A DNA stretch of 62,911 nucleotides, filler included, from Octopus bimaculoides (lineage: Eukaryota), in assembly GCF_001194135.2 (NCBI RefSeq). It is 9 parts of 9 records of this genome, joined end to end, with 100 filler letters (N's around TTAATTAATTAA, not from the genome) between each part and the next. Parts side by side here need not be neighbours in the genome. Positions count along the whole stretch, not along the records: positions 58,670 to 61,726 come from NW_026299319.1; positions 61,827 to 62,911 come from NW_026334414.1; 7 more parts are not named here. One strand, written 5' to 3'. How positions within the stretch are numbered: position 1 is the stretch's first letter; each line of letters opens with the position of its first letter. Below the pieces are notes generated by a model, which did no database searches, was not told the DNA's origin, and saw only the letters and a list, made by a program, of their open reading frames with translations. The translations under genes were made by a program, and so were the position numbers. Shown piece after piece: positions 60,601 through 62,911 of this stretch.

Positions 60601-60926
60601 TGTAAGCAAGATACCATACAGCCAAGGTGAATAGATAGATAGATAGATAGATAAACAGACAGGTACATACATACAGACAGACATACAAGCTCTTCGGCTT
60701 GAAAGGGAATTAGGATCATTCGCCGAAACGAACACACAGACACACAAAGTACTGATGCACGTGACATAACCGTCGCTAACATACGGACGGTCACACAGAC
60801 ACACGCAGTGACATGCGCAAACAGACATACAGACAGACGAGGATTCATTCACCTTGATCGAACAAATCCTTGCATATATTAGTGCATTTAACTATCTATC
60901 TATCTATCTATTTATGTATCTAGCTA

Positions 60927-60979
<53 letters not shown>

Positions 60980-61230
60980 CTATCTGTCTATCTATCTTAT
61001 ATATGTATCTATCTATCTATCCATCTGTCTACATATCGCTCTATCTATCTGTCTAGTTTTCTATCTATCTACCCATCTATCTATATCTATCTATCTATAT
61101 TATATATATAGTTCTGTCTGTCTATTTGTCTTTCTAACTATCTAAATATCAATCTGTCAATCTATCTATCTATCTATCTATCTATTTATCTATCTAAATA
61201 TTAATCTACCTCCAATACACATACCTGTCA

Positions 61231-61286
<56 letters not shown>

Positions 61287-61346
61287 CTGCGTATATTATA
61301 TATGCATATATATGTGAGTCTGTCTCTGTATCTGTGTATCAGTGTG

Positions 61347-61384
<38 letters not shown>

Positions 61385-61693
61385 ATGCGTTTATATGTAT
61401 ACACATATGCACATAGATGTAAACACATGCTCAGAGGCGTGCTCGCACACTCACGCAAACACACAAACACTCACACCCACTGACGCACACACAAACATAT
61501 TGATACACAAACACAGGTATGCATATATATACATTTGTGTGTGTGTGTGTGTGTATAAGAATTTATGTGCGTATATATTATCTTTACATTACGTTACATA
61601 ACAGCCATTCATAAATTATTGCATTAAATCCACAAAGGCGGATATGAATATATTGACCTACATAATCTCAGGTACAACATGTGCGCGTGTATG

Positions 61694-61726
<33 letters not shown>

Positions 61727-61826
61727 NNNNNNNNNNNNNNNNNNNNNNNNNNNNNNNNNNNNNNNNNNNNTTAATTAATTAANNNNNNNNNNNNNNNNNN
61801 NNNNNNNNNNNNNNNNNNNNNNNNNN
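61727..61826. other. Synthetic assembly join
   Basis: Linker at 61771-61782. Confidence 0.95.
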
Positions 61827-62612
61827 ATATATATGTATATTTTAATGATTAGTAATTTTCGTCTGCACAGAAGCATGAGAGATCTCAATACAATAAAAAA
61901 ATACACCGAAATGTTATACACCAGCATTTTTATAGTTATGAATTTCAAACTCATATACACAGGCAGACATGCGCGCACACACACGCACACAGACGCACAC
62001 AAACATGCATACACACACACACGCACACATACACACACACTCACACACGCGAAGAAACAAGAATGTAGACATATCGCAGATGTATATTCACTAACGATTA
62101 TATATGTATATCTTGACACGTCTCTTTATATACTTATATACGTATACATGAATACAGACACACATATATATATATATACTTGTATACATATGCATACATA
62201 CATACATATATATATAGGAATATGAATTACACACACACACATATATATATGTGTCTTTTATATATAGACATATTTTATATATGTATATAGACATGTGTGT
62301 TTGTGTATACATGTATATATGCGTATGAGCTTGTATGTATATGTATGTATACGTGTGTATGTGTCTGTGTGTGCGTGTGTAAGTATATGTATGTACATAT
62401 GTGTGCGTATGTATGAATGTGTGCGTGTCTGTATGTGTGTGTGTGTGTTCTACCTTTAAGCATTATTTTGTAGTCGTTATTTCTGAATAAACTCCAATCT
62501 AAAAAGCAAAGATAGAAATTCACTTCACACAAGAAGCACAGACAGGTTCATGTATGACTACTTGTTCACGTGGGTTTGTTGATATACTTCCAAATGTCTA
62601 TATAATTAAATC

Positions 62613-62669
<57 letters not shown>

Positions 62670-62911
62670 TACATTTGTATATGTACACAAACACGCAAGT
62701 ATATGTTTATATGTATGTTTGTGTGCTTACACACGCACGCATGCACACATACACAATCACATACAGATGCACGCACACACATATATATTCGTATTTATAT
62801 CTCTACATCTTTATGTATATATATATATATGCATATATGCTTATCTACATATAAAGGTATATGTATACATGTATATGTGTATATATGTATATATATATAT
62901 ATATGTATATA

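Overview
This is a repeat-dominated, gap-riddled eukaryotic window, inferred to be octopus (coleoid cephalopod, possibly Octopus bimaculoides) from its tRNA-derived SINE families and microsatellite load. Eight synthetic 100-bp joins (44 N + TTAATTAATTAA + 44 N) cut it into nine independently assembled blocks, so adjacency across them is unproven. I could not identify any protein-coding host gene with confidence; nearly all long ORFs in the track are microsatellite or N artefacts. Supportable content: three tRNA-SINE families (here called A, B and C), CR1-group LINE 3' fragments, two tandem R4/Dong fragments, Penelope-like terminal repeats with minimal hammerhead-ribozyme-like motifs, four mariner remnants, one Tigger/pogo, one Tc1 (DD34E), several MITE/foldback elements and a (TTAGGG)n-containing Helentron-like element. 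Best leads: (1) a LINE-SINE partner pair sharing a 3' tail whose hairpin shows a compensatory base-pair change; (2) short Penelope-type repeats carrying hammerhead motifs; (3) a Dong copy sitting at the (TAA)n tail of another Dong; (4) an 8-kb CpG-depleted block that looks like a methylated gene body; (5) an exon-like 123-nt segment at 10807-10929. I found no clearly new biological system. All alignments were done by eye; interspersed-repeat boundaries are approximate (about +/-20 bp) unless exact motifs are quoted.
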